Shown one piece after another: positions 45,301 through 59,249 of a DNA stretch of 64,000 nt. A program made the position numbers and the translations under genes. The DNA is from the human T2T-CHM13v2.0 reference genome, Homo sapiens, in NCBI RefSeq assembly GCF_009914755.1, contig NC_060929.1, one strand, 5' to 3'. Position 1 is the stretch's first letter. Each line of letters opens with the position of its first letter. The notes under the pieces were generated by a model. It saw only the letters and a program-made list of their open reading frames with translations. It was not told the origin of the DNA and did no database searches.

Positions 45301-47800
45301 TTTTCTACGGTGATCAATGTCATGCTGAAGGTCAGCAGAGTCACACCTTAATTTTTTTTTATCTCCCTTTTGATTTTCTTCTTTAAAAACTCTCTCGTCC
45401 CCTGCTAAATGGGTATGCTTCCTCAGGGTACTTGGTGAGATGTCAATTCTCCTGTGTATTTCAGGGCTCTTTTGCCGAGTACTATGTTCTTCAGTGGCTT
45501 TCTGATGGGAAGTAAACCGCTTGTTTAGGGTCATTGCAGCTGACCTGAAGTATTGCTCTTTAACATGATGAACCAAGAACACAATGTGTTAAATAAATGA
45601 CTCTGAAGTGCTTTTGCTGGCCTGTGGCAACTTAATGTGGTCAAAGATGGATCAGAATTCTTGCTCCTTCTTGACAGAATGGACAAGTGTACTAGCAAGC
45701 CGCCTGTCTTTAGTCAAGGAAGCAGGTCTGTTAGAATCATCAAGAGGAACAGGTGCCATTTTGAGTTTGACTTCAGGATGATGAGAATCACTTGCTATCA
45801 TTTTGATCCTAAGTGGGCTTTCCTCTCTGAAGGTAGACTTTCTCATGCATCCAGATTCTTGTGTAGAGGGGGATTGTAATCAAAGAGGTCTTTGAGCTTT
45901 TCAGACTTTACCTGCTCAGGTGACTGAGTTTCTTTCTTTACTATTATTCTTTCAGAATTTTTGTCTTCTTCTTTGTGCTTATCTTTTGTAGTGCTAGGCC
46001 TTTCCACTACATATCCAGCTTCTTTAAGTTCATAATTTTTTTCTTCTCTAAATCCACCACTTTCTCTATTGCCTTTCAGTGAAACTTTGGACTTGTACTT
46101 GAGTCCTTCCTCCTCAGTATTCCGGTGAGATGCAGCAGCAAAACTTTTACCTTGATCTGTGAGGACTGACTTCCTGAACTGTCTATAATCCTCTGTCTCC
46201 TCTGTGCCATCCCCTTCTGAATCATTAAACTTTGTTTTCCAGACTCTTTATCACTGAAGTAATCTAGAGCTTCCTGATCTTCCCATTCTCCCTCTGCCCT
46301 CCCTTTCTCTGATCCTTTCTCTTTTGAAGCCTCTTTATCCCTGGCATTACCCCTATCAAGCAGGAATACTCTAGACTCTTCATCTGTGAACCTTTTTAGA
46401 ACTTCCCAGTCTTTGCAGTTTCCTGATCTCCATTATCAGGATAAAATGAGGAACGGCCCCTAGACTCATCTCTTGGAGCATTCTGTGGTGCGATTGTCTT
46501 TGCAGGACTTCTTCGTGAAGGGATGTGATGAACTGGACTATTCTGAGAAGGACTGTATGGACTAGATCCATTTCCAACAGAACCAGACCCAGACCTTTCA
46601 GGACTATGCTGAATGGATTTTGAATGCTGAGAAGGAGTATTTTTTGCAGAGTGAACTGTACTGAGCATGGGAGCATCAGAGCAAGATGAACTCTGACTAG
46701 GTGGTGTAGCAATATGTGAAGGACTATGGGGTGATCTGGGACTATTATTATAAGCTGTAAGGCCAGGCCAAATATCACCGGATGTGGCTGATGAGTTACT
46801 AAATTCATCGATAGACTCAGATGGATCATGTTCAAATGTATCTTTCAGTTCCTCCTGTGATTTAGTTTTCAACGGACTCTCTTCTTGGGGTTCCCCTTCA
46901 GCTTTTTTGGCTTGTTTTTCCTGAGACCCTCGTCTTTTAGAAACAGGAGATTTGCTATATGGAGATGAAGAACGAGAAGAGAATGATCTTGGAGACCTAG
47001 AAGAGCTATATGACCAGTGAGATCTGCTTCTGGATCTTTGAGAAGAAACGGATCTTCTTTTTGGACTCCTGGAATGTGAACGACCTCGTCTAGGACTCCT
47101 AGAGTGCCTCCTATTCCGGACAGGTCTATAACCACCTAGATGATATCTACCTCCTCCTCCTTGATAATACCCTCTACCCCTTCCTCTGTACCCATAAGGT
47201 CATTTCATTCCTCTATTATTTCTGTACTCACGACGATCATCTCTAGAATACATACGATCTCTACTCCAAGACCTTGAATATGTTCTGGAACGAGACCTAG
47301 AACTGTGTCGCTTCTTTCTAGAATGAGATCTTGATCTTGATCGAGAACTAGACTGTCATCTAGACTTTGACCTTGAAGAATGTGATCTAGAATTGGAGCG
47401 ACCCGTTTCTTTTCTCCTTGGGTTTATGTAGGATCAAGGAGTCAAGTGAAATCTTTGAGATACTGTAAAAATTCTTCCTGGAGAGAATACTCTGAGAAAT
47501 TAAACTCTAAATTCAAATTCCTCACACACTGAATCGCAGTTCCGGGGATTTATTTCCATTGCGACTACACAGTGGCCATTTCCCAGCTCAAGAAAGCGAG
47601 GAAAACCATAGAGGTACCTTTGACGCGCTAGCTCCGCTCTGTCACTTCCTCCTGCTCTAAAACTTTTCAATAAACTGTCACTCCTGCTCTAAAACTTGCC
47701 TCAATCTCTTCCTCTGCCTATGCCCTTCAGTCAAACTCTTTCCTCCTAGGAGGCAAGAACCAAATTGCTGCAGACCTGTAGGTATTCACCACTGGTAACA
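42319..47800 (+). mobile_element. MER50-like ERV1 solo LTR (42319-42892 + 47650-47800), split by the BCLAF1 retrocopy
   Basis: tgttagagcaggtag..gacatgagcagggcaggagaggg..ggtaaca termini; tataaaa at 42783; aataaa at 47669; 4-bp flanks acat/atgt. Confidence 0.85.
42893..47649 (-). pseudogene. BCLAF1: Full-length processed pseudogene of BCLAF1 (5'UTR, CDS 44651-47406, ~1.75 kb 3'UTR, poly(A))
   Basis: ORFs 46396..46872, 45652..45846 and 45016..45582 match BCLAF1 peptides. Intronless; ATG>ACG at 47404-47406; TGA at codon 17 (47356-47358); poly(T) to 42900; 18-bp TSD tcctgctct(g/a)aaactttt at 42875-42892 and 47650-47667. Possibly the annotated BCLAF1P1, but unverified. Confidence 0.97.
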
Positions 47801-47857
47801 ATGTGACATTATTTTCCCGTGGTTAACAGGAGCATATGGGAAAATACAATGTTCTCT

Positions 47858-48045
47858 GAGCTAGAAGATATGGGTTCTCTTCCTCAATCTACTACAAACC
47901 AGCTGTGGCCTCTAGAAAAGTGTGAAATTTCCCTAGGCTTCATGGAATCATATACATTTTGAGCTAGAATAACCATCACATTTTGTAATTGAGACCCAGA
48001 GGCCTAAAGTGATTTGCTTGAACTCTTACCACTAGACAAAGGGAG
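47858..48045. mobile_element. MIR fragments
   Basis: gagctagaagatatgggttct..accagctgtggcct and attgagacccagaggcctaaagtgatttgc. Confidence 0.55.
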
Positions 48046-48524
48046 AATAAATTCATTCCAAAGCACGTAAAGGCTTGGAGGTGACAGAGTATGATTCATT
48101 TAAAAAACAAATCTCTTGTTATTCTGCCAACAGCCAACTACCTGAAGTCAAATTGGGCATGAAGGCCAATTCCATTAGTTATGAAACTTGGATAAATGTT
48201 TTGCTGCATGTGATAACAAATGAGTAACTTAATTCTCTAAAATATGTTTAAACTTACCTAGGTTAACATTCAAGTAAAATATCCTGAAGACTGTGAGAAG
48301 GTTTCTAGTGCCCATGAAAAAACTGAACCACCAATGCACACATCACAGATTTCAAAATGGGAAAATGAATCATCAAAGGGAAGGAGTTCAAGAAAAAAGT
48401 CTAAGACGATACTGAATTTTGATAGGCAGAAGCAGAAACTCTCAAGAAAACTAGAAATCATTATCAGAAAAGTAATAAAAAGAAAGTAACCAGAAAAGAA
48501 AGCAATCAAAAAGAAAGACAGAAT

Positions 48525-48770
48525 CTACATTTGCTGGGCATTTACCATGTGTCAGGTATCACGTTTTACACTTTCTTGTGTTTTCTCATATAATATTCAA
48601 AGCAACTTAAGAGGTTCAGATGGTCAACCTCACTTTGTAAATGAAAAACATAGTTAAGAGAGGTAAAGTGACTTGTCTAAGGTCACAGCTAGTATCTGGT
48701 AGAGCCATTATTCAAATTCAGATTCGTCTGTTTGACGCAAAATACTATGGTTTTGCACGATAACTCTCTT
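48525..48770 (-). mobile_element. MIR
   Basis: catttgctgggcatttaccatgtgtcagg..gagaggtaaagtgacttgtctaaggtcacagctagta..attcaaattcag. Confidence 0.8.
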
Positions 48771-49876
48771 GCATTTAGAGCCAGAAGGGGTAGAACTGGT
48801 TAAACACTGGTTTAACTTTTTTTTTTCTTGTTGATATTTCTATTAATAGCATACAGCTCCTTTCTTCTTCAAAATATGTTTATATACTTATTCAATCTTT
48901 CTTCTTTTTCCCTCTGTCCATCTTCCTAAACATACCTGCATTTTTATATTACTCCTTTATATTTCTCCAAAAATTATTCTTTCTTCTTCCTCCTTCTTTA
49001 CTCATTCAAGATTTAGTAGCTTGGAGTTCTTTTTAAGAAAAGAAGATACTATAACCATATTGACAGTTTAGTAACATTATTCTGAATACAATAATCTCAA
49101 CAGTGACTACAAGTAGAATATTAGACAGAGGGATATTTCTTTTTATACTCTTCCTGAATGCTATTAAACTCTAAATGTTTGAGTTTCATGCTCACCAAGA
49201 TAACATCAGTTCTTTTCCTGGCTACCTGATAGTCAGGTATGTCCACAGATCCTTAGCCCGTTTTCCTTGGTTTCTGCTAAGTAAGCTCTTAGACTGCTGT
49301 ATTCTCCCTACTTCCCTCTTTATGCAATTTCTCTTTCATAATCCAAATTCCCACTATTGCTCTCATTACTCAATCTTTCTTTAGGAATTCCCATTCCAAG
49401 ATTAATAAGCTAATATCTTCATAATCTTTACTTTGTAATTTCCTCAGTGCTTATAATTTACTATAGTTTAGTTCTTCCCAGGGAAAATGGCTTCCATGAA
49501 TTGAATCATTTTCCAATATTCCAAGCATATGAAGACCCTAGGATGGCATCAGGATCCTCCTTCCTCTCCACCACCATTTCTAGACAATTACTCTTCTCTT
49601 CTCTTGTTAAACCTCACCTCCAACCCTTTCTCAGTCATTCTCACTTATTATTTATTAAAACCTTTGGCCTTTCCTTCATCTTCAAATCCTGTCATCACCC
49701 TGAGGAAACACATAACTGATTTATCTTAAATTTTTTCTGTTTAGATTTCATCACCTCCTTATACCTAGGGATCTCTTCTTAGCTCTATTTTGGGCACTCG
49801 CTTCCATGAACACATTCTGGGCATGGTTGTCAAATGCAGCTACTTCACTACTGAAATAATAAATATAGTACCTTTA

Positions 49877-50237
<361 letters not shown>

Positions 50238-50667
50238 TTACACCCAACACATCATCAAGATCTTTGTTCAAGTCTATCAATTCCTCTCATTTTGCCTATC
50301 AATCATTCTTCTCTTCTCTCACTAGTGTCCTTAAATTGGAAAATTATGTTGACCAGACCTAAGGAAAAAAAAATGTAAATCTGAAATGGAGTTTTCTTCC
50401 CTGGGAGATAACAAGCAAGTTAACGGCAACTCCTTCAATTTCTCTGGCACCAAAGCCACGGGCCCTGAACTCTATTTCCTGCCTTCCCTCCTGCACAATA
50501 CAAGAATTGTGTGATAAATTCTATGCTTTCTTGTCTTTGCAAAGAACAAACACCTATAATTACCCATTTTTACTTTTGTATTATCAATGTCTAGATTAAG
50601 CTCTTCACTGGATTAATCCCAACTACAAGCACATGTGACCTTCCATCTTTCACCTTTAAACATCTCG

Positions 50668-50947
<280 letters not shown>

Positions 50948-51277
50948 TACAGTTGACTTCGTCCATCTTAAGACACTTTTTTGTCTGAGTCTCTGTGACT
51001 ATGTAATCTCACAGTTTCCCTTCTTTCTCCTTTGCTCTCATATTCTCCTCCTCTAGGTTCCAAATATTGGAAAGCCTTGTATCTTCATCCTAGGCCCTTT
51101 TCTCTTTTTAACCTAGATACTCCCCTGGGGTAATCTTACCTACTGTCATGATTTTAAATACCTTTCATAAACTAAAAACTTCCATAACTTTATTACTAAC
51201 CCCTGACATTTCCTTTTGGATTTCAAAGAAGCATCTCAAACTTAAAATTGCCAAACCACAGCTCTTGATTTTCCCCT

Positions 51278-51830
51278 TGTGTATTAAAGGGTTAACTCAG
51301 CTGACCCAGACTGCTTAAACCCTGCACATTTCAAAGATCTTCAGGTCTGGTTCCTGGGATGTACCTCTGAGTCCTTGGAATATTCTGCCTAATAAGAGTG
51401 TCTCTGTATACCTGGAGCCCTGGGACATGCTATATCAGCCTGAACTTCGTGGGGCAAGGGTGAAGGCTGGACACTGAATAACCAAGCCATGTGGGTGCCC
51501 CATGACTATGTGAATGAACTTGTCCAACCCTGGACACAAGGCTTAGATGAGCCTCCCTGGTTGGCCATACTTTATATGTGTTATCACACATCATTTATGG
51601 GAGAACTAAATACTGTTCATGTAACTCCACTGGGAGAGGAAAAGTAGAAGCCTATGCCTGGTTTCTCCTAGGCCATACTCTATGCTCCTTTTTCGTTTGC
51701 TGATTTTAATCTGTATCCTTTAGCTGTAATGGATCACTGCTATGAGTGATGATAATAACTCATCTGATTTTGGGGAGTCCTTATGGCAAATCACAGAACG
51801 TAAGAGTGGTCTTAGGAACCTCCCAACACA
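51278..51830 (+). mobile_element. ERVL-type solo LTR (MER77-like)
   Basis: tgtgtattaaagggttaactcagc..aaaccctgcacatt..ccttggaatattctgcctaataagagtgtc..cccaacaca; L2 is continuous on both sides. Confidence 0.75.
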
Positions 51831-52937
51831 TCTCTGAAACTTATTTCTCCCCATTTTTCTCATACTAGTAATTACCATCATGTACACCCACTTGCTCAAG
51901 CCAAGAATCCTCAGATAACATCATTGAATCCTTTTTTCTTATCCTACACGTCTAATCCATCACCAAGTCCTTATGGCTCCAGATTCAAAATACATCCTGA
52001 ATCTATGTGCTCCTCTCCACCTCAGTTATTACCATTCCAGCCCAAGCCACAAGCCATATTTTGCCTAAACTATTGCAGTGGTCTCCTAGATGATCTCTTT
52101 GGTTCCACACTTGGAACCCTACAATTCATTCCCCATGAAGCACAAAGAGTGACCCTCCATTTACATTCCCCAATGGTTTCTCCTTGCACTTAGAGTAAAA
52201 TCCAAACTGCTTTACTTGACATACAAGCCTATATGATTTATCCTATCTATATAATCTTCTACCACTCTTCTCACTCACACTGCTCAAGCCTTTTAGCCTT
52301 CTTTCTATTCATCCAACATTCCAAACTCATTCCTGCCTCAGATTAGTTATACCTATTTTTCACTGGCATGAAATATTCTTCCTTAATATTACAACCTGGC
52401 TTACTGTTGAGAACTCAATTTGCATGTCACCTCCTGAAATTCCTTTCCAGGCATATCTAACACTCCCCATAAGAGCACCATCACTCTTGGTCACATATTG
52501 TTGTGTTTTTCTTAATCATTTTTATCATGATCTGAAAGTCCCTTTTATTTTTTTAGTGACTTCTTGTACATTATTGTGTCTCCTCAACTATAATATGTAC
52601 ACCATGAGAGCAGGGGTCTTATAGTCTTATTCTTGAATAGAGCCTGAAATTTTCCAATATGTATTTGTTGAATGGTAGCACTTAGCCTACCATGGAAGTT
52701 AGAAAAGAGAGTCACAAGGGCAAATATTGATGATACCTGCTCAAACCCTAACTGGGTAGGATAAATTTAATTACAAATGGTGGTATATCTCTCATTTGCA
52801 AGATCATCCCTACAAAGAAATGTATGTGTCAGGCTACATTTGTCTGATTCAGATAGATGTATCTAAATCTCTTCCTTCTAAGTCCACGCTTTTTAACTAG
52901 ATCTTCACAGACAAAACGGGTGATGGCCTTAAGCTAT

Positions 52938-54446
52938 TGATGGCAGCGGCGGCCCATCTGGAGTGGCTGCTGCCAAGATGCCAGCTGCAGTGGGGTGGGA
53001 GGTGCAGCCAGGGCTGCATGCTCCCAGTAGCCGGCAGGAGCTGGGAACAGGTGGAAGCCCCACCCCCTTCCAAGTTGGAGGGGCAGGAATCCGGCCCTCT
53101 TGGGTGCAGCTGCAGCCGGCCACCTAGCCATGGCTGCAGACCCAGGCATCTCTGCACTCTCAGTGGCCCGGGAAGCCCCCACGTCCGCGCAGGCTGGGAA
53201 CTCCCACTGCCTGGCCTCTCCCTGCTCCCAGCGCCCACTCCGATTTCAGACCAAAGTTGTGGCCAAGCCCAGGTGCTGTCAAGACCCTGCCAGGTGTGCG
53301 TGCACTCAGGGCAGCGCGGACAAGCCAGCCCCCTGCTGTCTCAGGCACCGACAAGCACGAGAGGGAGGCCAAGGGGGTGCTGAGTGTGGTTCCGCAAGGG
53401 CTTGCAGGTGGTGTCCCTCAGCACAAACAGCCTGGGGGCTGGGGATGGCAGGTTGGTGGCCGCCAGAGGCAGACAGGCTCCTGGGCAGAAAAGGACAGGT
53501 CCTCGGTGAAGCCCCACCTTCAGGCCTCAGATGGCCTGAAGCCTGGGGGCAGGGCTGCCAGTTCCGCCGCCTGAAGTGAGAACTTATGGTGCTTTTTCTG
53601 GTCCCACCGATGGCCACCCATGGACCAATCAGCATGCACTTCCACCCCTCTGAAGACCACAGAAACCCCAGACTCAGGCAGACTCAGACAGACGCCGGGA
53701 CGATCTGCCTGCAGAAAGGAGCTACCCAGTGTGGGTCTCCTCTCTGCTGAGAGCTGAACAAACATCAGGACACCCTGCCTGTGAAGAAGAGCTACCCACT
53801 GCAGTCTCCTCTCAGCTGTTCTGTCGCTCAATAAAGCACCTCTTTGCCTTGCTCACTTCACCCTCCACTTGTCCATGTACCTCATTCTTCCTGGATGTGA
53901 GGAAAGAACTCGGGACCTGCCAAATGGTGGGAATGAAAGAGCTGTAACACAAACAGGGCTGAAACACACCCCTTGCTCACCACATTGCAAGTGACAAGGA
54001 GAGAAGAGAGAAGGTGAGAAAAGCTGTGGCCCTTCAAGAAGCCCAGACCTAGGAGCTCCCCGAGCCAGAGCTGTGACACCCACTTTTGGGTTCTGCGGTT
54101 CCTGGCATCTCTAAGCTTCTGGGCACCACTGCATTTCCCGGTGCCAACCACAGAAGCTGCTTGCAGAACACCTGGTTCAGCCACAGCCATACACCCATGT
54201 CAGTGCCTGAAGCTGCCCACCCTGCCACAACCAGCATACCTGGCTGTGCTTAGTGGCCAGACCCCATGCTCGCTTGCTAACACACCCCTTGCCACTCCAC
54301 TCACTTTTGCCAGGTGTGGGATCCAGGCTGGTAGCATGAGCCAAGAGCAGCCTGCCAGGCCAAGTGGGCAGAACAAGCCCAGCAGGCCCAAACAAAACTT
54401 GGGTGAGGTTTCTGGCCAGAAGAGATACTCCAAGGATCCTGTGACA
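52938..54446 (+). mobile_element. MER52-family ERV1 solo LTR (1.5 kb, GC-rich)
   Basis: tgatggcagcggcggcccatctggag...gatcctgtgaca termini; aataaa at 53830; perfect 4-bp TSD ctat at 52934-52937 and 54447-54450. Confidence 0.9.
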
Positions 54447-55090
54447 CTATGTCACATAATTCATATTATAAATTAATCTATATTCTGATTTTATAAGAAT
54501 GTAAATAGTATTTTTCTAATGGGATATGGCTGATATTGTCTATAATATTTGAATTTTTATTTCATCCTTCTTGACACTCTCCATGCCCTAGTTGTTGAAT
54601 TCTCTCTTCTTCTCTGGCCTCTTGCCTATCTCCACTTTATCATTTCAAGTCCTAAATTAGAAAATAGGATTTCAGTTCCTGGCCTTCTGAATTTCTCAAT
54701 CTATACTCCTTCCTACACATTACTCATCATTCCTAACTCAAAGGTCTCAGTTACACTCAGACTTCAATAAAGACCAAACCCGAATCTGACTCACTTTGGG
54801 AACTTAATAAATTGATGATGAAATCAACTTTTATTCTAATATGTCTAGTTTTCATGTCTGACTAACAAACATTTCACTCAGATATTTTGCCATTTTGTTC
54901 ACCTTCCACTGTTTCAAAGTTAAATTTTCATCATTTCTCAAAATTGACGTTTTTCTTTCTGAATTTTCATATTTTTCTTAAAGGTGACTTTTTTTCTTCA
55001 ATTTCTTAGGTTTGAAAGTATGCAGTCAATCTTAACTTCTTCCCCTCTCCATCAATCATACTCCTAGAACTAAATAGAGTTTACCCTTAA

Positions 55091-55830
<740 letters not shown>

Positions 55831-56189
55831 GAAGAAAAGTCAGAACCTTCTATTTTCCCACTTCATTCTTATACCCCCAATTTTAATGTTGCATCAGTTG
55901 CTAAATATGAATAGTCTTCCTTTTAAAATACCTTCTTTAAAAATAAATACTTTTCTTTATTTGCAATTCTATTGCCATACTCTTTTATAAGCTCAGATCA
56001 CTTCACTTCCAGAGCACTAATGTAGTTTCTTTCCTGAAAAAATCCAAACTACATACCACTACCAGATTGGTTTCCTTAAAGCATACCTTATTCATGTTAC
56101 TCTCTGGGTCAAACACTTTTGCTGAGTTTCTCTGCCTGGGTCTTCCTGGCAGAGAAACATCTCCATACAGTTTTCTAGTCTTAAATCTC

Positions 56190-56700
56190 ATTCATGAACA
56201 ACACTTACTAATTAATCACTTACTATGTTCCAGACACTTTCCTAGGTATTGGAATTCAGAAATACACATTTTAAAATGTCCTAATCTCCTGGAGCTTTAT
56301 CTAGTTGGGAGAGACAATAACCAACCACACAAAAATGCATAAATTATACTAGATCTTAGAAGATAATAAATTGTGCAGAAGAGAAATGAGGAGTGTCAAG
56401 GAATCCTGTAATTACAAAGTTGATCAAGACAGGCCTCATCAAGTAGAAGTCATCTGAACAAAGACTTGAAAGGCATATTGGAGTAAGTCACATGAATATC
56501 TAGAAGAAAAGCATTTGGGACAGAGGGAACAGCAAGTGCCAAGGCCCTGAAGCTGATGAATGTCTGGCAGGTTCTTGGACTGGCAAAAAGACAAGACTGG
56601 CTGGCATGGGAATGAGTGAGACAAAAACTGGAAGGAGATGAAGTCAGAGAGGTGATGATGACCAGCCCATGTACAGCCTCGTAGGCCATTATAAAGAATG
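56190..56700 (-). mobile_element. L2 fragment
   Basis: cattcatgaacaacacttactaa..cttactatgttccagacact..gagggaacagcaagtgccaaggccctga..gcctcgtaggccatt. Confidence 0.75.
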
Positions 56701-56943
56701 CTCTACCCTAACCACACTGGTCAACACCTACATTTTCCACATGTACATAGCCATTTCTGCTTCCCACAGATTGCCTTGTCAGGATTCCTGGACTGGAAAA
56801 ATTTCCTTATTTCAGTCTGTTCATCTAAAGCCTACAAGATCCAAGTCATAGCTCCCTTCCTTTGTAATACCTTCCATGACTACTGCAGTCTACAATGACT
56901 TCATATTTTATCTCACAGTTGAAACTCGATGTATTAGTCTTTT

Positions 56944-57157
56944 ACATGGACACAGGGAGGGGCCATCACACACCAGGGCCTGTCAGGGGGTGGGAGGCTA
57001 GGGGAGGGATAGCATTAGGAGAAATACCTAATGTGGATGACAGATTGATGGGTGCAGCAAACCATCATGGCATGTGTATACCTATGTCACAAACCTGCAC
57101 GTTCTGCTCATGTATCCCAGAACTTAAAGTAAAATAAAAAATATAATAAAATAAAAT
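56944..57157 (+). mobile_element. L1PA7/8-like 3'UTR fragment
   Basis: acatggacacagggaggg..gcattaggagaaatacctaatgt..catgtatcccagaacttaaagta plus A-rich tail. Confidence 0.88.
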
Positions 57158-57600
57158 ATCTCCCTAACTTGTCTATGTCTTTGTGATAACATCACAGCTT
57201 GAGGATGATGATAATGATTATGTGAACTCATAATGATCGTGATGGTTGTACCGAGAGCAACAAGGAATTGTTGCTTCCTTGACATTTTAGTTTTTGTCTT
57301 CCTACCCTTCCCATGAGAGGTAAAATTATTCCTATAATTGGAGTTAATACGAAAAATGCCTGACATCTAATATGCATGTAATAAATAGCAACTTTTGTTA
57401 TTCATATCCCATAATTATTTATCACTATCATTATATCTAACTTGGAAGTGATGAAGACCAACTTTTTTTTTCATTGTTAAAAATACCTTCTAAATATGAG
57501 TGATTATTTGACTAATTCATGGTGATTTCTCTTTAAGTATTCACTAAATAGCTGAACTACTCAAGCCCCACTAAATCATATGCAAGCTTTGTGTATCTCT

Positions 57601-57975
57601 TGTATTAGTTCATTCTCACACTGGTATGAAGAAACGTCTGAGACTGGGTAACTTATAAAGGAAAGACTTTTAATTGACTCACAGTGCTGCATGGCTGGGG
57701 AGGCCTCAGAAAACTTACAAGCATGGTGGAATGGGAAGCAAACACGTCTTTCTTCACATGGCAGCAGGAGAGAGAAGCACATAGCAAAGAGGGGGAAAGT
57801 CCCTTATAAAATCATCAGATCTCATGGGTACTCACCATCATGAGAACAGCATGGGGGAACCACCACCATGATCTAATCATCTCCCATGAGGTCTCTCCCC
57901 CAACATGTGCGGATTACAATTCAGATTACAACTCAAGATGAGATTTGGGTAGGGACACAGAGCCAGACCATGTCA
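57601..57975 (-). mobile_element. THE1 (C/D-like) MaLR solo LTR
   Basis: tgtattagttcattctcacac..gagactgggtaa..caagatgagatttgggtagggacacag..accatgtca. Confidence 0.88.
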
Positions 57976-59249
57976 TTTGTATTCTTATTTACTCTTATTA
58001 TATTTATTTTCACAAATTTATCTCTTGCCTTCTCAACTAAACAGCAAGATCATGGGCAAAATCTTATGTCTTGTGTATCTGTGCACGCACCCCAGCATTT
58101 CACACTGCAAGTATTGTAGAATGGGTGTGGTAAAATGGAAGATATTCTTGGTCCACGTTCTGTGTATGTTTTCCACAACATCCTCACTTCTCTGTTGAGG
58201 GAACCCCAAAGGAAAATAATTTACGTAGTGAATTAATATTGTTGTTATCAACTTCAGATGAGGTCGACTCCTATTATATAAGCCAAAACTGGCTTTTTGC
58301 CATGCTGGTCCTTCCAAGAAGTGGCAGGTGATGGCTTTTACCTACAGCAGGGGTTTGTCCAGCCCTAAGCTAGTTGGTAGTAGTAAGAAGATATCTTATT
58401 TCTATTTTTATCTTAGATATGTTGGAAGATGGGAAAAACAAGTATCAAGATATTTGGTAAAAAACAAAAACAAGAATATTAGACTTCTCAAGGAACCAGA
58501 AAGGATAATTTTTCTCATCTCAGACCCTAAGCATGACTTTGCTAAATAAAAGACTACAGAAAAAGGTTGACTTACAGTTGAGTAAACTTAAGGGTGAGAG
58601 AAGTAAGAGCTCATGAAGTATCACCAGTTAGAAGGAGGTAAAAACAGGTAACACAGAGCTCAGCTACTGTGACTCCTATTTAGTGTTCTTCCTATGCCCT
58701 CTCAGTGTCTCTATGTAGATGGAGCAATGGCACATAAGCAACACACTAGTTGGTTTCAAAAAGTTAATTGTGCTAAAAGGAAGCACAATAAATAGGATTT
58801 TCATATTACTACCTGAAATTACAGAAGCTTACAGTTCATGATAAGAATGATATTCAGATTATTTTAAACCAATTTCCGTAACTATAGCTTATTAGAAATG
58901 AATCATGGTGCAGGTTCTTTTTTTTAATTTAAAAAAAAAGGTTTTAGGTGGACAGACATCCTGAGATACTCCGTGAATTATTGTTATCAGATATGGCATT
59001 TTGAGCCCAGAGTTCAAACAGACCTTAAAATCTCTTCCACATGAATATAGAATTTAATTATTAATGAAAATTAGCGGGGGAGACAACTTGATCTTCAGAT
59101 AACTTGCCCTTCGATGTTATTGCAAGTTAGTAAATTAGCTAAGGGCTAATTCATATTGTTCCACAATTATCTCCATTGGCCTCATTTTCTTATGCTCCAA
59201 ACACCTTACAAAAGGTAACAGTTTATGGAGATTTAAAAGAGAGTGGTGG

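Noticed and set aside
45016-46872. BCLAF1 ORF fragments as a functional retrogene
   Set aside because: The start codon is lost and there are multiple early stops and frameshifts.
52897-54476. Dense overlapping 60-160 aa ORFs on both strands
   Set aside because: All lie inside the GC-rich MER52 LTR; stop-codon scarcity explains them and there are no gag/pol/env motifs.
58033-58317. 94-aa minus-strand ORF
   Set aside because: No recognisable homology; the length is compatible with chance.
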